Origin: an uncultured Pontibacter sp.
Lineage (GTDB): Bacteria; Bacteroidota; Bacteroidia; Cytophagales; Hymenobacteraceae
Assembly (NCBI RefSeq): GCF_947492645.1
Contig: NZ_CANLMZ010000013.1
Coordinates: 10,195-74,194, forward strand
DNA length: 64,000 nt
Direction of reading: 5' to 3'
This document shows positions 20,225-29,113 of this stretch, piece after piece (the stretch's first letter is position 1; each line of letters opens with the position of its first letter). Below the pieces are notes generated by a model that made no database searches, had not been told where the DNA came from, and saw only the letters and a list, made by a program, of their open reading frames with translations. A program made the position numbers and the translations under genes.

Positions 20225-20510
20225 CGGATTTCCGCACAATGTATGAGGAGCAAAACGAGGTGAGGAGTTACGGAAATGATTGTGAGGACAAGCAAAATCC
20301 GTAAAATAATTACGGAAACAGCTTTGAGGAGTGTTTTTTTAAGGAAACAGCGTTGAGGACACTACGGAAACTATAAGTTGAGGAGTTTACGGAATAGTAC
20401 GGAGTAGTAGTTTACGGAAGGTTTAAATGATGTTGGTCTGAGGTTGCTATAAAGTTGCTAATCGTTGAGGAGTAAGATGCGGATGAGGTTGCCGGGTGCT
20501 GAGGTAATCC
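20225..20510. repeat. degenerate array of TGAGGAG/C and TACGGAA words in a divergent intergenic region
   Basis: Composite unit TTGAGGAS-N1-2-TACGGAA at 20261-20276, 20353-20370 and 20378-20394. (TA)CGGAAACAGCKTTGAGGAS occurs at 20312-20331 and 20343-20360. Further single TGAGG or TACGGA words are at about 20244, 20283, 20398, 20411, 20438, 20465, 20483 and 20498, and inverted copies at about 20228 and 20298. Confidence 0.7.
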
Positions 20511-20578
20511 TGAATTCCCTCAAAAGTATAAGTGTTACCAGGCTGCACAGGGTAGTGCTGGTTTAACTTACAAGACAC

Positions 20579-21010
20579 ATGAAAAAGCAACCTGTTTTTG
20601 AAGCCATCACACAACTACGAGCTGTCCACACCAATGACTTCAGAGCTTACACCCGCTGCATCGAAAAGTATGTTGGCAAGACCGACCCATTTCTCAGATG
20701 GAAGCTGGAGCACCTGGAAGATGATTCCCTATGCCGGGTACTTTACGATCTGGAAGAGGAAATGTCCTATTATGAACAGGAGCATGGATACCAACCTAAC
20801 AAACCGATGGAGCTCACCATGCTGAAGCGGGAATTCAATAAAAGGACTGGCCAGGAGTGGGATGAGGTTTACATCGATTTTGAAGAGATCCGTTACGGTG
20901 GTTACGCTTCCATTCACTCCTATACGACAAGAGAGCTAAAAATTATAGAAGATCAGTATAGCGGCTATGACTGTACGGACGGTTTCAATACGGATGACTT
21001 TAAGATTTAA
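20579..21010 (+). CDS. hypothetical acidic protein, paralogue of 19599..20057
   Basis: 143-aa ORF that shares the KRTG-x-EWD block with the divergent neighbour. Confidence 0.6.
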   Translation: MKKQPVFEAITQLRAVHTNDFRAYTRCIEKYVGKTDPFLRWKLEHLEDDSLCRVLYDLEEEMSYYEQEHGYQPNKPMELTMLKREFNKRTGQEWDEVYIDFEEIRYGGYASIHSYTTRELKIIEDQYSGYDCTDGFNTDDFKI

Positions 21011-21340
21011 AACCTTAGGCAGGGAATATAACCCCTTATAGCTTCCGAATTATTTTTTTCTTAGAAAACGGGTCTGTTTAATTTAAAAGTAGTTATCGGG
21101 GAAACTATGTTACTTGGCAGTGAGAGAGGAGGGAGTTAAGTACTTTGAGCACAGTAGAATTTGTTGTATTACATTTATATTATTAGAGATGTACTAAATT
21201 AAATCCATTAAACTTATACTTCTAATATAGTTGAACTGGAGCTGAGGTACTTCTGACCTACTGTACTAGAAAAAAACTAGAGCAGATAATATTTAATTGA
21301 AGATTTATGAGTTTAACCAAAGGGGATATTTATCAAACTC

Positions 21341-21371
21341 AAAAAAGCCGCTTTACATTAAGTAAGGCGGC
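21341..21371 (-). terminator. rho-independent terminator of the minus-strand envelope operon
   Basis: 9-bp stem (gccgcttta / taaggcggc, one G-U pair) with a 7-nt loop. On the minus strand it is followed by tttttt (complement of 21341-21346) and lies 50 nt downstream of the stop at 21421. Confidence 0.65.
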
Positions 21372-21420
21372 CCTTCTTCTAATAGGGAAACGCAAGAATT
21401 TATTCTGAATTGATGTTTCT

Positions 21421-22059
21421 TTACTGGACAATCCACATCAACGTACGCTTCACTGCCTGCTGCAATTTTTGATCTACTGCACGCATGGCGCTGTTGGAAA
21501 TAGCCGGGCAGCCCCAGCCTTCCGGTGTGCCGGCTGGGTAAACTTCTTCATCACTTACCTGCTCCCACGAGTGGAAAACAATATCCCGGCGGGTAGCATT
21601 GTTGTTAGTCCCTTCCTGGCCATGCATCAGGTATTTTATTCTTATACCCCACTGACTCGGACCACGCTCCCCTAAAATGTATTTACCTACTGAAGAACAA
21701 TGGCTGTTCTCGATATTGCTGAATTTAACCTGATCTTTGGACACGTCACTAGACCAGGGGTTGTCGCAGGCGCCGTGGCTTACCAAAAAGCTATTAGTTA
21801 TTTTACTTTGGTTAAAGTCCCAAATAAAGAATCGCTTTAAACCGGAGTGCATGCTCATGTCAATGATGATAAAGAAATCGGTATTCAGATTTCTGGTGCG
21901 GCAATACTCCTCTGCTTCGTGAGCTTTTGCTTCCAGTTTAGCCATATCAGGACCAGGATTAGCAGTTTCCCATATCGCCTGACTTTCGTCTCCCTCAGGG
22001 CTGCTGCAACTGATTAGCAATAGCAGGAAAAACATAAAGATGGGTTTGAGTACTTTCAT
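21421..22059 (-). CDS. L,D-transpeptidase catalytic-domain-like (YkuD_2-type) lipoprotein
   Basis: Start chosen at MKVLKPIFMFFLLLLISCSS (lipobox LISC). The body block IIIDMSMHSGLKRFFIWDF...LVSHG...FSNIENSHCSSVGKY resembles murein L,D-transpeptidase catalytic domain family proteins. There is an ATGA stop/start overlap with the upstream gene. Confidence 0.65.
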   Translation of the reverse strand: MKVLKPIFMFFLLLLISCSSPEGDESQAIWETANPGPDMAKLEAKAHEAEEYCRTRNLNTDFFIIIDMSMHSGLKRFFIWDFNQSKITNSFLVSHGACDNPWSSDVSKDQVKFSNIENSHCSSVGKYILGERGPSQWGIRIKYLMHGQEGTNNNATRRDIVFHSWEQVSDEEVYPAGTPEGWGCPAISNSAMRAVDQKLQQAVKRTLMWIVQ

Positions 22060-22295
22060 ACCTTGACCTTTGAATATTGTACCTGTTTTACTCTTCTGCG
22101 TTGGGCCTGTATAAGGCGGATCTTCTGAACTATAAACAGCAAGCTTAAACCTGCTGTTAGTAGCGGCCATACAATTACGAATAGCAGCGTATTTATTTCA
22201 TAGTAAGAGAGACCTGTGAGGTTAGCCAAGTTAATAACAAAATCGGTGCAGTAATTGAAAACGGCCGTCACAGCCTGTGAAATCAGGTTATACAT
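22056..22295 (-). CDS. small hypothetical membrane protein
   Basis: 79 aa with one strong hydrophobic helix (LLFVIVWPLLTAGLSLLFIV). It overlaps both neighbours by 4 and 8 nt, which suggests translational coupling. Confidence 0.45.
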   Translation of the reverse strand: MYNLISQAVTAVFNYCTDFVINLANLTGLSYYEINTLLFVIVWPLLTAGLSLLFIVQKIRLIQAQRRRVKQVQYSKVKV

Positions 22296-22695
22296 GGCGC
22301 TTGTTTATTTTTGTTATTTGAACTTGCATCAGAAACAGTTTAACGAGTAGGTACGACATCAGTAAAGGCCACAGCAAAACCAGGAAAATGAGATTGGCAG
22401 CGCCATAGTTTCCGAAAAGCATTAAACCTGAGATCATTCCAAAATAAAGCGTATCTGTTATTCCGAAATAGCTTTTAGCTAACTTAACATGATGTTGCTT
22501 GCAGTAAGTTGTATCATGAAAGCACTTCCAACTGCAGGCGTCCGGCAAAGCTTCGGCGGTATTCATCAACAGCGGCCTAGTGGTCTTTTGCTTTTCAGGC
22601 ATAGTGCTTCTGGTATATTCATTTATAACGATCATAGTCGCAAAAGCGAGCGCCAGCGGGAGAAGATAAAAGGAGAGGCTTTTCAGGAAATACAT
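22288..22695 (-). CDS. hypothetical membrane protein with Cys/His cluster
   Basis: 135 aa with an N-terminal helix, the cluster CSWKCFHDTTYCKQHH, then two more hydrophobic helices. Confidence 0.5.
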   Translation of the reverse strand: MYFLKSLSFYLLPLALAFATMIVINEYTRSTMPEKQKTTRPLLMNTAEALPDACSWKCFHDTTYCKQHHVKLAKSYFGITDTLYFGMISGLMLFGNYGAANLIFLVLLWPLLMSYLLVKLFLMQVQITKINKRHV

Positions 22696-22708
22696 TTTGT
22701 TTGTGTGC

Positions 22709-23194
22709 TTAATGCCAGTCTATAGTTGTCAGGATGTGTTGCTTTGCTGTATTTAGGTCCAACACTTTTACCCATTGCTTTTTACTTAAAGCTCTGTGAA
22801 CCATGTAATCTTTTGCTGTGCCAGATTCACCTAAGTTTCCGCTTTCGTCAATTCCACGCTCTGCTATTACTTTATTCATTTGTAAATCCCAGACAGCATA
22901 TCCTGTGTTATCTTCAGCAATCAAGAAAGCTTGTTTGTCTTCCTGTAGTACCTTCAGGTTTACTACATCGCTGTAATGAGCCTGGTGGATTTCCCATTCG
23001 CTGGACCTGCCGTTTTCAAATTCCAGGTGTATGATCCTCTTAACAATACCTTCGGGATTAAAGAAGGTCTCTGAATAGAGAGTGGCGTTAATTTCACTAT
23101 GTGGGGTGGCAAAGCGTGTAGATGCTAGTTTCTCCCTTGAAGTACAGGAAGACAGGAACAGAAAGGTAAACAGTAGAAGTAAGTTTATTTTCAT
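22709..23194 (-). CDS. hypothetical lipoprotein
   Basis: Start chosen at MKINLLLLFTFLFLSSCTS (lipobox LSSC) inside the 22709..23218 ORF. No domain recognised. Confidence 0.55.
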   Translation of the reverse strand: MKINLLLLFTFLFLSSCTSREKLASTRFATPHSEINATLYSETFFNPEGIVKRIIHLEFENGRSSEWEIHQAHYSDVVNLKVLQEDKQAFLIAEDNTGYAVWDLQMNKVIAERGIDESGNLGESGTAKDYMVHRALSKKQWVKVLDLNTAKQHILTTIDWH

Positions 23195-23320
23195 GATAGG
23201 GTAAGATAGCTTACACAAGTATAATAAAATCTATATATATTGTAAAGGTGTAAGCTATAGTTAATCTTTAGCTAGTGCTAGAACTAGTGCATCTTAATAT
23301 TTAAAATTTGAATTTCAGGT

Positions 23321-24250
23321 ATGAAAACATATAACGGAACCACCGTGAAGGTGATAGGAGTGGGCGGTATCGGCTGCAATACTATAAGCTACATCCATGA
23401 GCAGAAACTCAATCATGTTCAACTTGTAGCCTGTGATTTTCAAGGACCAGTTTCTGATAGTGGAATAGCAGACACGCTATTCCTAAAAGCAAATGAACAA
23501 GAAGCTAATCCTGCTAATGCTGACGCTGAGATAATCCAGAACACGGTCTTCACTAAAGCAGAACGTGTGAAGGAAATGCTGGTAGAAGGCAATACGGAGA
23601 TTGTGTTTATAGTTGCCGGGATGGGTGGCGCAACCGGAACAGGTGCTGCACCGGAGATTGCCCGCTTGGCTAAAGAACTAAGTTTGCTGACGATAGGTGT
23701 TGTGACGGCTCCTAAAGACTCAACTATAGCTGAAGCCGGTATTAATGCTATGAAGAAACATACAGATACTACCATTGTGCTTTCAATAGATAAGCTGAAC
23801 CAGCAGAAGGAGATTTCGCTAAGGATAGATGTTTCTGATCAGCTAAATAAATATGTTGCCACAGCGGTGCGGGCTATAACTGAAATAGTGACAGTAACCG
23901 CTGAAGTAAATGTAGATGTAGAAGACGTGCGTATAGTTATGGCAGGAGCTGGAAGAGCTACTGTTGGAAGCGGTACAGGTGCCGGGGAAGGCCGTGCTAT
24001 GATAGCTGCCCAGGAAGCAATTGCTACAGCTTTGCTTGGCAACGAAATTCAAGGTGCTAACCGGGTACTGCTTTCTGTTATTTCCGGACCTGAAACTGAG
24101 CTTGAAATGGAGGAGCTGACAGAGATAACTGAGTTTATCCAAAACAGTACCAGCGAACAGGCGGAGATAATTTTTGGCCATGCGATTGATGAAGACCTAG
24201 AAGATCAGCTGCGGGTAACATTCATCGCATCTACCTTTTCTGAGAACTAA
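23321..24250 (+). CDS. FtsZ/tubulin-family GTPase paralogue (core only, no C-terminal linker or tail)
   Basis: 309 aa with VIGVGGIGCN (G-box 1), the tubulin signature VAGMGGATGTGAAPEIA, LLTIGVVTAP, a T7-like N-x-D-x-x-D (VNVDVEDV), and a C-terminal FtsZ-type subdomain (GANRVLLSVISG...IIFGHAID...VTFIAS). Confidence 0.85.
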   Translation: MKTYNGTTVKVIGVGGIGCNTISYIHEQKLNHVQLVACDFQGPVSDSGIADTLFLKANEQEANPANADAEIIQNTVFTKAERVKEMLVEGNTEIVFIVAGMGGATGTGAAPEIARLAKELSLLTIGVVTAPKDSTIAEAGINAMKKHTDTTIVLSIDKLNQQKEISLRIDVSDQLNKYVATAVRAITEIVTVTAEVNVDVEDVRIVMAGAGRATVGSGTGAGEGRAMIAAQEAIATALLGNEIQGANRVLLSVISGPETELEMEELTEITEFIQNSTSEQAEIIFGHAIDEDLEDQLRVTFIASTFSEN

Positions 24251-24300
24251 TTACAAGCTTGCAAAGTAGCAAGGGCAGGGGAGTAGGCGCAGTATATTTG
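24251..24300 (+). promoter_or_regulatory. conserved upstream element TTACAAGCTTGCAAA plus -7 box TATATTTG (copy 1)
   Basis: The 15-nt motif at 24251-24265 (core palindrome CAAGCTTG) is identical to 29245-29259. The TATATTTG box at 24293-24300 lies exactly 42 nt downstream of the motif start in both copies and matches the Bacteroidota -7 consensus TAnnTTTG. Confidence 0.65.
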
Positions 24301-24323
24301 TGCCGTACTATCCACTCCTGCCT

Positions 24324-24821
24324 ATGCTTGAACCCCTGCCGTTTGTTCCTTATCCTTTTGTTACGCTGCCGGACGAAAATCTGAGCTACGAACCTATCCT
24401 GTATGTAGCGCCCGATCGCCTGATCTGCACAGGTGATGTTACGTTTAAAACCAAGCACTACCCGTTAGCTAAAGTATTGTCTGATAAGTTCAAACAAGAG
24501 TGGTCGCAGGAAATGGCGGACGAGATGGCCCGAAGGGTAATTAAAGAGTCTAAAGGCTATCTCGTAAGCAGAGACCTTTTTGTTAGTGCCATTATCCTGC
24601 CTGACTTTACGTTCTCAGCTATGGAGTTAGCTTATTCTGGCAAGACTCCCATTACTGGTCTCGACGTTACCTATGGATGGCCTTCCGGCAAGATCACCCG
24701 CATTACTAAAATACTGTATGGGTATACAGTTGGAATGGAGTCATGCATCCTGCATGTGCGCCACGAAGAAGCCGCTTTGCCCGGAAAGGTACATCATCAG
24801 CTCCAATTTCCTATTCAGTAA
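24324..24821 (+). CDS. hypothetical protein, family shared with 29315..29776
   Basis: The C-terminal block VTYGWPSGKITRITKILYGY...ILHVRHEE matches VTYTWPNGRITQVKRVIKAY...VLYVRHES in the paralogue. The start is moved to the ATG at 24324 because the ORF-track start (24300) overlaps the -7 box. Confidence 0.6.
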   Translation: MLEPLPFVPYPFVTLPDENLSYEPILYVAPDRLICTGDVTFKTKHYPLAKVLSDKFKQEWSQEMADEMARRVIKESKGYLVSRDLFVSAIILPDFTFSAMELAYSGKTPITGLDVTYGWPSGKITRITKILYGYTVGMESCILHVRHEEAALPGKVHHQLQFPIQ

Positions 24822-24841
24822 AGCTCATATAAACGATAGCT

Positions 24842-25861
24842 ATGCGCAAGAAACAGATCACTACTTTTTACATGCCCCAGCAGGTAGATGCCCTCAACGG
24901 AGAAGACCTGTATACCCGCAGTCCGAACAAGCCGGCTTTGCTGTTAAACAAATTAAAGCTGGAAGGTCTGATGCCGTACTTTGATGTAAAAGAATATGCT
25001 CCTTTTGAAAAGGAAGAATTTTACCTGGCGCATACACAGGAATATGTAGATGCCTTTTTTGAAGGTACCAAACCACTGGCTACCACCAACGGCCTTACCT
25101 GGAGCGAGAACCTGGTCAATTCTGTGTGCTATACAAATGCCAGCCTATACCATGCTATCAAATACGCCATGCAGCACCCTGAAGTGCTCACCTTTAGCCC
25201 GACCAGCGGCTTTCACCACGCCAAACCTGATCGTGGCTCCGGGTTCTGTACCTTTAGTGGACAGGTGATTGCTTCGGTTAAATTATACCAAGAGCTGGGT
25301 GTTTCCGGGGCTTACCTGGACCTGGACCATCACTTCGGCAACTCCATAGAAGACAGCCGCAGTTTCGTACCAGATCTGGACAAGGCGATTCCTGTCTATG
25401 CCAACATAAACCCGAAAGGTACCAACGAAAGTTACCTGGCAGATCTGTGCCGCAACCTGGCTATACTTAAAGAGAAAATACTTGCCAGAGAGATACACTA
25501 TATTGTATGGTGCCATGGGGCCGACTCGCATGTGTATGATGACTTGGGCGGAAGCGTGAATACAGATTACTGGTTGTTGGTGGCAGAGTTGTTTTATAAG
25601 TGGGTGCTGGAAGTAGAGCAAGAGTTGGGGTACCATTTACCAGTTAGTATGTCGTTGTTTGGGGGCTATCGTACCAATGCTTATGATTCAGTACTATCAC
25701 TACACACAGCTGATCTGGTAATGGCTGCCAATATGCTTTTAGGCCACTCCATTGCTTACGAGCCACAGGTAGAAGTAAATCCTTATATCAGTAAAGAACC
25801 TTTCCGGGTAGCCATTGCTGCCGGCGAAACCATTATGGGCTACCTTGACGAAATTTTGTAA
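24842..25861 (+). CDS. histone-deacetylase (HDAC/acetoin-utilisation/acetylpolyamine amidohydrolase) superfamily protein
   Basis: 339 aa with SGFHHAKPDRGSGFCTFSG (HH plus GFC block), YLDLDHHFGNS (D-x-H metal ligands), CHGADSHVYDDLGG and FGGY (catalytic Tyr context). Confidence 0.75.
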   Translation: MRKKQITTFYMPQQVDALNGEDLYTRSPNKPALLLNKLKLEGLMPYFDVKEYAPFEKEEFYLAHTQEYVDAFFEGTKPLATTNGLTWSENLVNSVCYTNASLYHAIKYAMQHPEVLTFSPTSGFHHAKPDRGSGFCTFSGQVIASVKLYQELGVSGAYLDLDHHFGNSIEDSRSFVPDLDKAIPVYANINPKGTNESYLADLCRNLAILKEKILAREIHYIVWCHGADSHVYDDLGGSVNTDYWLLVAELFYKWVLEVEQELGYHLPVSMSLFGGYRTNAYDSVLSLHTADLVMAANMLLGHSIAYEPQVEVNPYISKEPFRVAIAAGETIMGYLDEIL

Positions 25862-26053
25862 AATTCCTACACTTTCTAAGTATATAATTTTTATTATATA
25901 GTATTTTTATATACTTTTGTAATACAATTCCCCTTTATTTATTGGTTAGTGAAAGTAAAAGTGCCGAAAGGGCGCTTTGTGTTCGTTCGTGTCCTTGATT
26001 AGGATGCGATGTGTTCCCGTGTGTCTGTATTTCAACCTATAAACCCCTGTTAA

Positions 26054-26611
26054 ATGAGAAGAGACTTTATTTGCCGCCAGTTAGAAGATGTTCGTTCGTC
26101 CAATGAGCCAATCGTCCTTAATGAGCAAGATGTAGACCTGAGCGGATTGGACTTGTCCGGTCTTAACATGAGCGGGTCAACTTTTACAAAGGTTAACTTA
26201 AAAGGAGCTAATCTTAGAGGGGCAATTCTGAAAGAGGTTGAGTTTAAAGGTGTTGAATTGGATGGAGCTAACTTACAAGGGGCTTGTTTAGTGGACGCAA
26301 AGTTTGACTGCAGCCAACTTATTAAAGCTAACCTTAAAGGAGCAGAGATGCGCTATACTAAACTCTTCTCTACTTTCTTTACTAATGCAGATTTAACCGG
26401 TGCTGACCTGTCCGGCTGTAAGATGGCTTACTCAGATTTCTCTCATGCCATTATGGACGATGCAAACTTGTCTGATGCTGACATTAACCTGATCGTTAAT
26501 GAAGATGACGAGATGGATAAGAATGACTTTACATGTGCTTCCATGTATGGCGCAATCATTACCTCACCTGAAGTAAGAGTTTTTCTAATAGAAGAAGGAG
26601 CAGAGCTGTAA
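26054..26611 (+). CDS. pentapeptide-repeat protein
   Basis: 185 aa with uninterrupted A(D/N)LxG-type pentapeptides (DLSGLDLSGLNMSGSTFTKVNLKGANLRGAILKEV...ANLQGACL...ADLTGADLSGCKM). Confidence 0.9.
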   Translation: MRRDFICRQLEDVRSSNEPIVLNEQDVDLSGLDLSGLNMSGSTFTKVNLKGANLRGAILKEVEFKGVELDGANLQGACLVDAKFDCSQLIKANLKGAEMRYTKLFSTFFTNADLTGADLSGCKMAYSDFSHAIMDDANLSDADINLIVNEDDEMDKNDFTCASMYGAIITSPEVRVFLIEEGAEL

Positions 26612-26704
26612 AATATGGTCGGCCTATACCTCTATAGTATAGCCCGATTATAGTTTCATAACATAGCCTGTAAGTTTTAACCTATAACCAACTATAGCCA
26701 ACAC

Positions 26705-27123
26705 ATGATAGAAGTAACAGCTGGAGTAATTCAGAGAAATGGCCTTTTTCTAATTGCCCGACGTGCGCCTGGTAAAAGCCTGGAAGGGTATTGGGAGTTT
26801 CCGGGTGGCAAAGTAGAAGCCGGAGAAACCCACGAATATGCCTGGCCCGAGAACTAAAGGAAGAGTTGGACCTTGATGTAACGGTTGAGGAATACATTGG
26901 CGAATCTGTGTCTGGCGAAGGTAATAAGCAAATACGATTAGTTGCCTATGCTGCCAGATCGGAACAGGAAACCATTACTTCTAAAGACCATGACCAGCTA
27001 AAGTGGATCAGTATCTACGAGTTTGGCGACTATAATTTTGCCCCGGCGGATATTCCGATTATTGAGGCACTACTTATGAAGCGGATTGCGATAGTGGAGC
27101 AGTTGGCTGAAAGTTTAAAATAA
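26705..27123 (+). pseudogene. NUDIX (MutT-like) hydrolase interrupted by a frameshift inside the NUDIX box
   Basis: The frame from ATG 26705 reads MIEVTAGVIQRNGLFLIARRAPGKSLEGYWEFPGGKVEAGETHEY and stops at 26855. The rest of the box (CLARELKEELDLDV) and the C-terminus continue in another frame (ORF 26791..27123). Restoring one nucleotide near 26838-26842 rebuilds G-x5-E-x7-REUxEE. Confidence 0.75.
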
Positions 27124-27149
27124 GTTCTTTACACTTTAAAATTATAATT

Positions 27150-28244
27150 ATGAAAGTAGACATTGGAGAATCGATAATTTATTCTTGGCTTAGACATGAA
27201 AAGCAGTGTCAGTTTGTACAGCTTAATTGGAAGACTTCAGGGACTTGGGAAAAATCAAATATTGAACTTGCTGAAGACATTTTTGAAAAATTAAAAAAGA
27301 TAACTGATACAAGAGGGGTAAACTTAATTGGAGAATCTGTAAAGCTTGACCAATTTTTGAGGCAAGCTGAAATTGATGTGTTGGGATTATCTATCAATAC
27401 TAGTACAGGTATAAACAATCCATCTTATGCCATCTCAGCAGTTGATATAGCATTCCATGAGGGAGGATTAGGTTATAAGAACCCACACTTAGTGGTTGCT
27501 AAGAAACTTGCTAGAGCTGCATTAATCACTTTAATTTATTTCAAAACTGATAATGCGGAAATAGTTTTTGCTTCCCCTAAGGTACATAAAGATACATTAA
27601 ACAAGCTTGATGTAACATTATCAGAGGTTGAAAGATGTTTTGATAGTTTATCTTTTGACTTTAAGTGTATTTTCAATGATAATTTTGAAAAACAGATATT
27701 ATTACCAGTCCTAAATCATACTAGGAATATAGCCGATACATCAGAATTATTTTCACGAGCTACTAAACTGCTTGATGTATTCGGTTGCTTAAGAGAGAAT
27801 TTAAATGTAGAAGATTTAGGTAATATAGAAATTCAAGAATTAGATCAAGATGATGTTTCGGCAGATCAGAGAAGTTTAACAGATGAGATTTCTCTAGATG
27901 CCCTTTCATACAAAGAGTTAACTAAAATGTTGGATGAAGGTAACTTAAAGATTGGAGAGTTTGCGAAAACAATTTTTAATAAATTAGATGAAGATCAGGC
28001 TCTATTCCACCGTGTACTTGACTATTTAGAGAATGATAGAATTCCAACTGGCAAAGAACTTAAATTGTTGAAGCAGCTTAATCCCAATGATGATATAAAT
28101 AATCAGATAAAAGATTCAAAAGGGCGAGCAAGATATTACAGAAACCCTCTGAAGAATAATGATTACATTCTTTACAGTCAATGGGTAGAAGCTAGGCATA
28201 AAGTTCCTCTCAAACAAATGTTGGCTGATTTTAAATTGCTTTAG
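27150..28244 (+). CDS. hypothetical protein (AT-rich)
   Basis: 364-aa uninterrupted ORF in a very AT-rich segment. No motif that I can assign with confidence. Confidence 0.6.
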   Translation: MKVDIGESIIYSWLRHEKQCQFVQLNWKTSGTWEKSNIELAEDIFEKLKKITDTRGVNLIGESVKLDQFLRQAEIDVLGLSINTSTGINNPSYAISAVDIAFHEGGLGYKNPHLVVAKKLARAALITLIYFKTDNAEIVFASPKVHKDTLNKLDVTLSEVERCFDSLSFDFKCIFNDNFEKQILLPVLNHTRNIADTSELFSRATKLLDVFGCLRENLNVEDLGNIEIQELDQDDVSADQRSLTDEISLDALSYKELTKMLDEGNLKIGEFAKTIFNKLDEDQALFHRVLDYLENDRIPTGKELKLLKQLNPNDDINNQIKDSKGRARYYRNPLKNNDYILYSQWVEARHKVPLKQMLADFKLL

Positions 28245-28297
28245 GTTATTTATTTTAGTGATTTAAAATCATTAGTACGACAAAGCTTTATATTCTT

Positions 28298-29113
28298 ATG
28301 ATGGACATTACAACAAATGAAGAACCTAATGTACTAGAGGTCGCTTTAAGTACAATAAATAAACTTGCACATCAGCCAGATATAATGAATAGGCTGAATG
28401 AATTAGCTACTAAAACCACGTCATTACATTTATTCCTACGATTATATGATGACTATGAAAAAGAGGGTTTAGATCAAGACGATGAGATTCTAAATTGGAC
28501 CGTTCCAGTTATTACACGTGAATTAAACGCTGCTTTATGGAATTTAGCAAGCGGTTTTTATAAAACGGCTGCTACTTGCTTAAGTAGTGCATTAGAAATG
28601 GGGATAGTTGCCTTATATTTTCAGGTTCTTGAAAATGAAAAAGGTAATCAAGTAATGAGTAAAGAATTTGTTGAGTGGTATTCTTACAATGCATCTACAC
28701 CAAGCTGGAAGAAGGTAATAACGAAATTAAAACAAGACCAAAACATAGAGAAGTTCTCAAAGCAATTTGATTACGTTCCTCTTAAGGAAGTTAATGATCT
28801 CTATAGCTATTTTCAAGATTTTATACGGAACAGAAACCTATCTTCTATAGACACTGAAGGAGCTAATTATATGAATATGAGAAACTCTGCAGGGGAATTC
28901 TCAAATGATGAATTTTTAAGATTTAGCGATGCTTTTGATAGTACAATAGGTATGATTGCTTCTTCTTGGGCTTTAGTATACCCACACATCGTTGAAGGAT
29001 ACTCTCATACTTACAGCAGTACTTCCTATAGTACGTTAGTAGATTTATTTCAACCACTTTATCCTCAGTTTGTACTATACCATTTAAATACAAAAAGCAC
29101 GGCAGGTGCTTAA
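28298..29113 (+). CDS. hypothetical protein (AT-rich)
   Basis: 271-aa ORF on the same strand, 53 nt after the previous gene. No recognised domain. Confidence 0.6.
   Translation: MMDITTNEEPNVLEVALSTINKLAHQPDIMNRLNELATKTTSLHLFLRLYDDYEKEGLDQDDEILNWTVPVITRELNAALWNLASGFYKTAATCLSSALEMGIVALYFQVLENEKGNQVMSKEFVEWYSYNASTPSWKKVITKLKQDQNIEKFSKQFDYVPLKEVNDLYSYFQDFIRNRNLSSIDTEGANYMNMRNSAGEFSNDEFLRFSDAFDSTIGMIASSWALVYPHIVEGYSHTYSSTSYSTLVDLFQPLYPQFVLYHLNTKSTAGA

Noticed and set aside
24300-24323. GTG start at 24300 for the first DUF gene, as given in the ORF track.
   Set aside because: That codon overlaps the TATATTTG -7 box. The paralogue's ATG sits 20 nt after its box, which matches the ATG at 24324.
25958-25978. 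Small hairpin aaagtgcc-gaaa-gggcgcttt after the HDAC-like gene, considered as a terminator.
   Set aside because: The stem is short, has a wobble pair and a bulge, and no clear T-run follows it. This is not enough to call a terminator.
27150-28244. Possible PD-(D/E)xK nuclease fold in the 364-aa protein (GES..., EIDVLG, AVDIAFH).
   Set aside because: The acidic and hydrophobic pattern is weak, and no lysine is in the expected E-x-K position. The gene is left as hypothetical.
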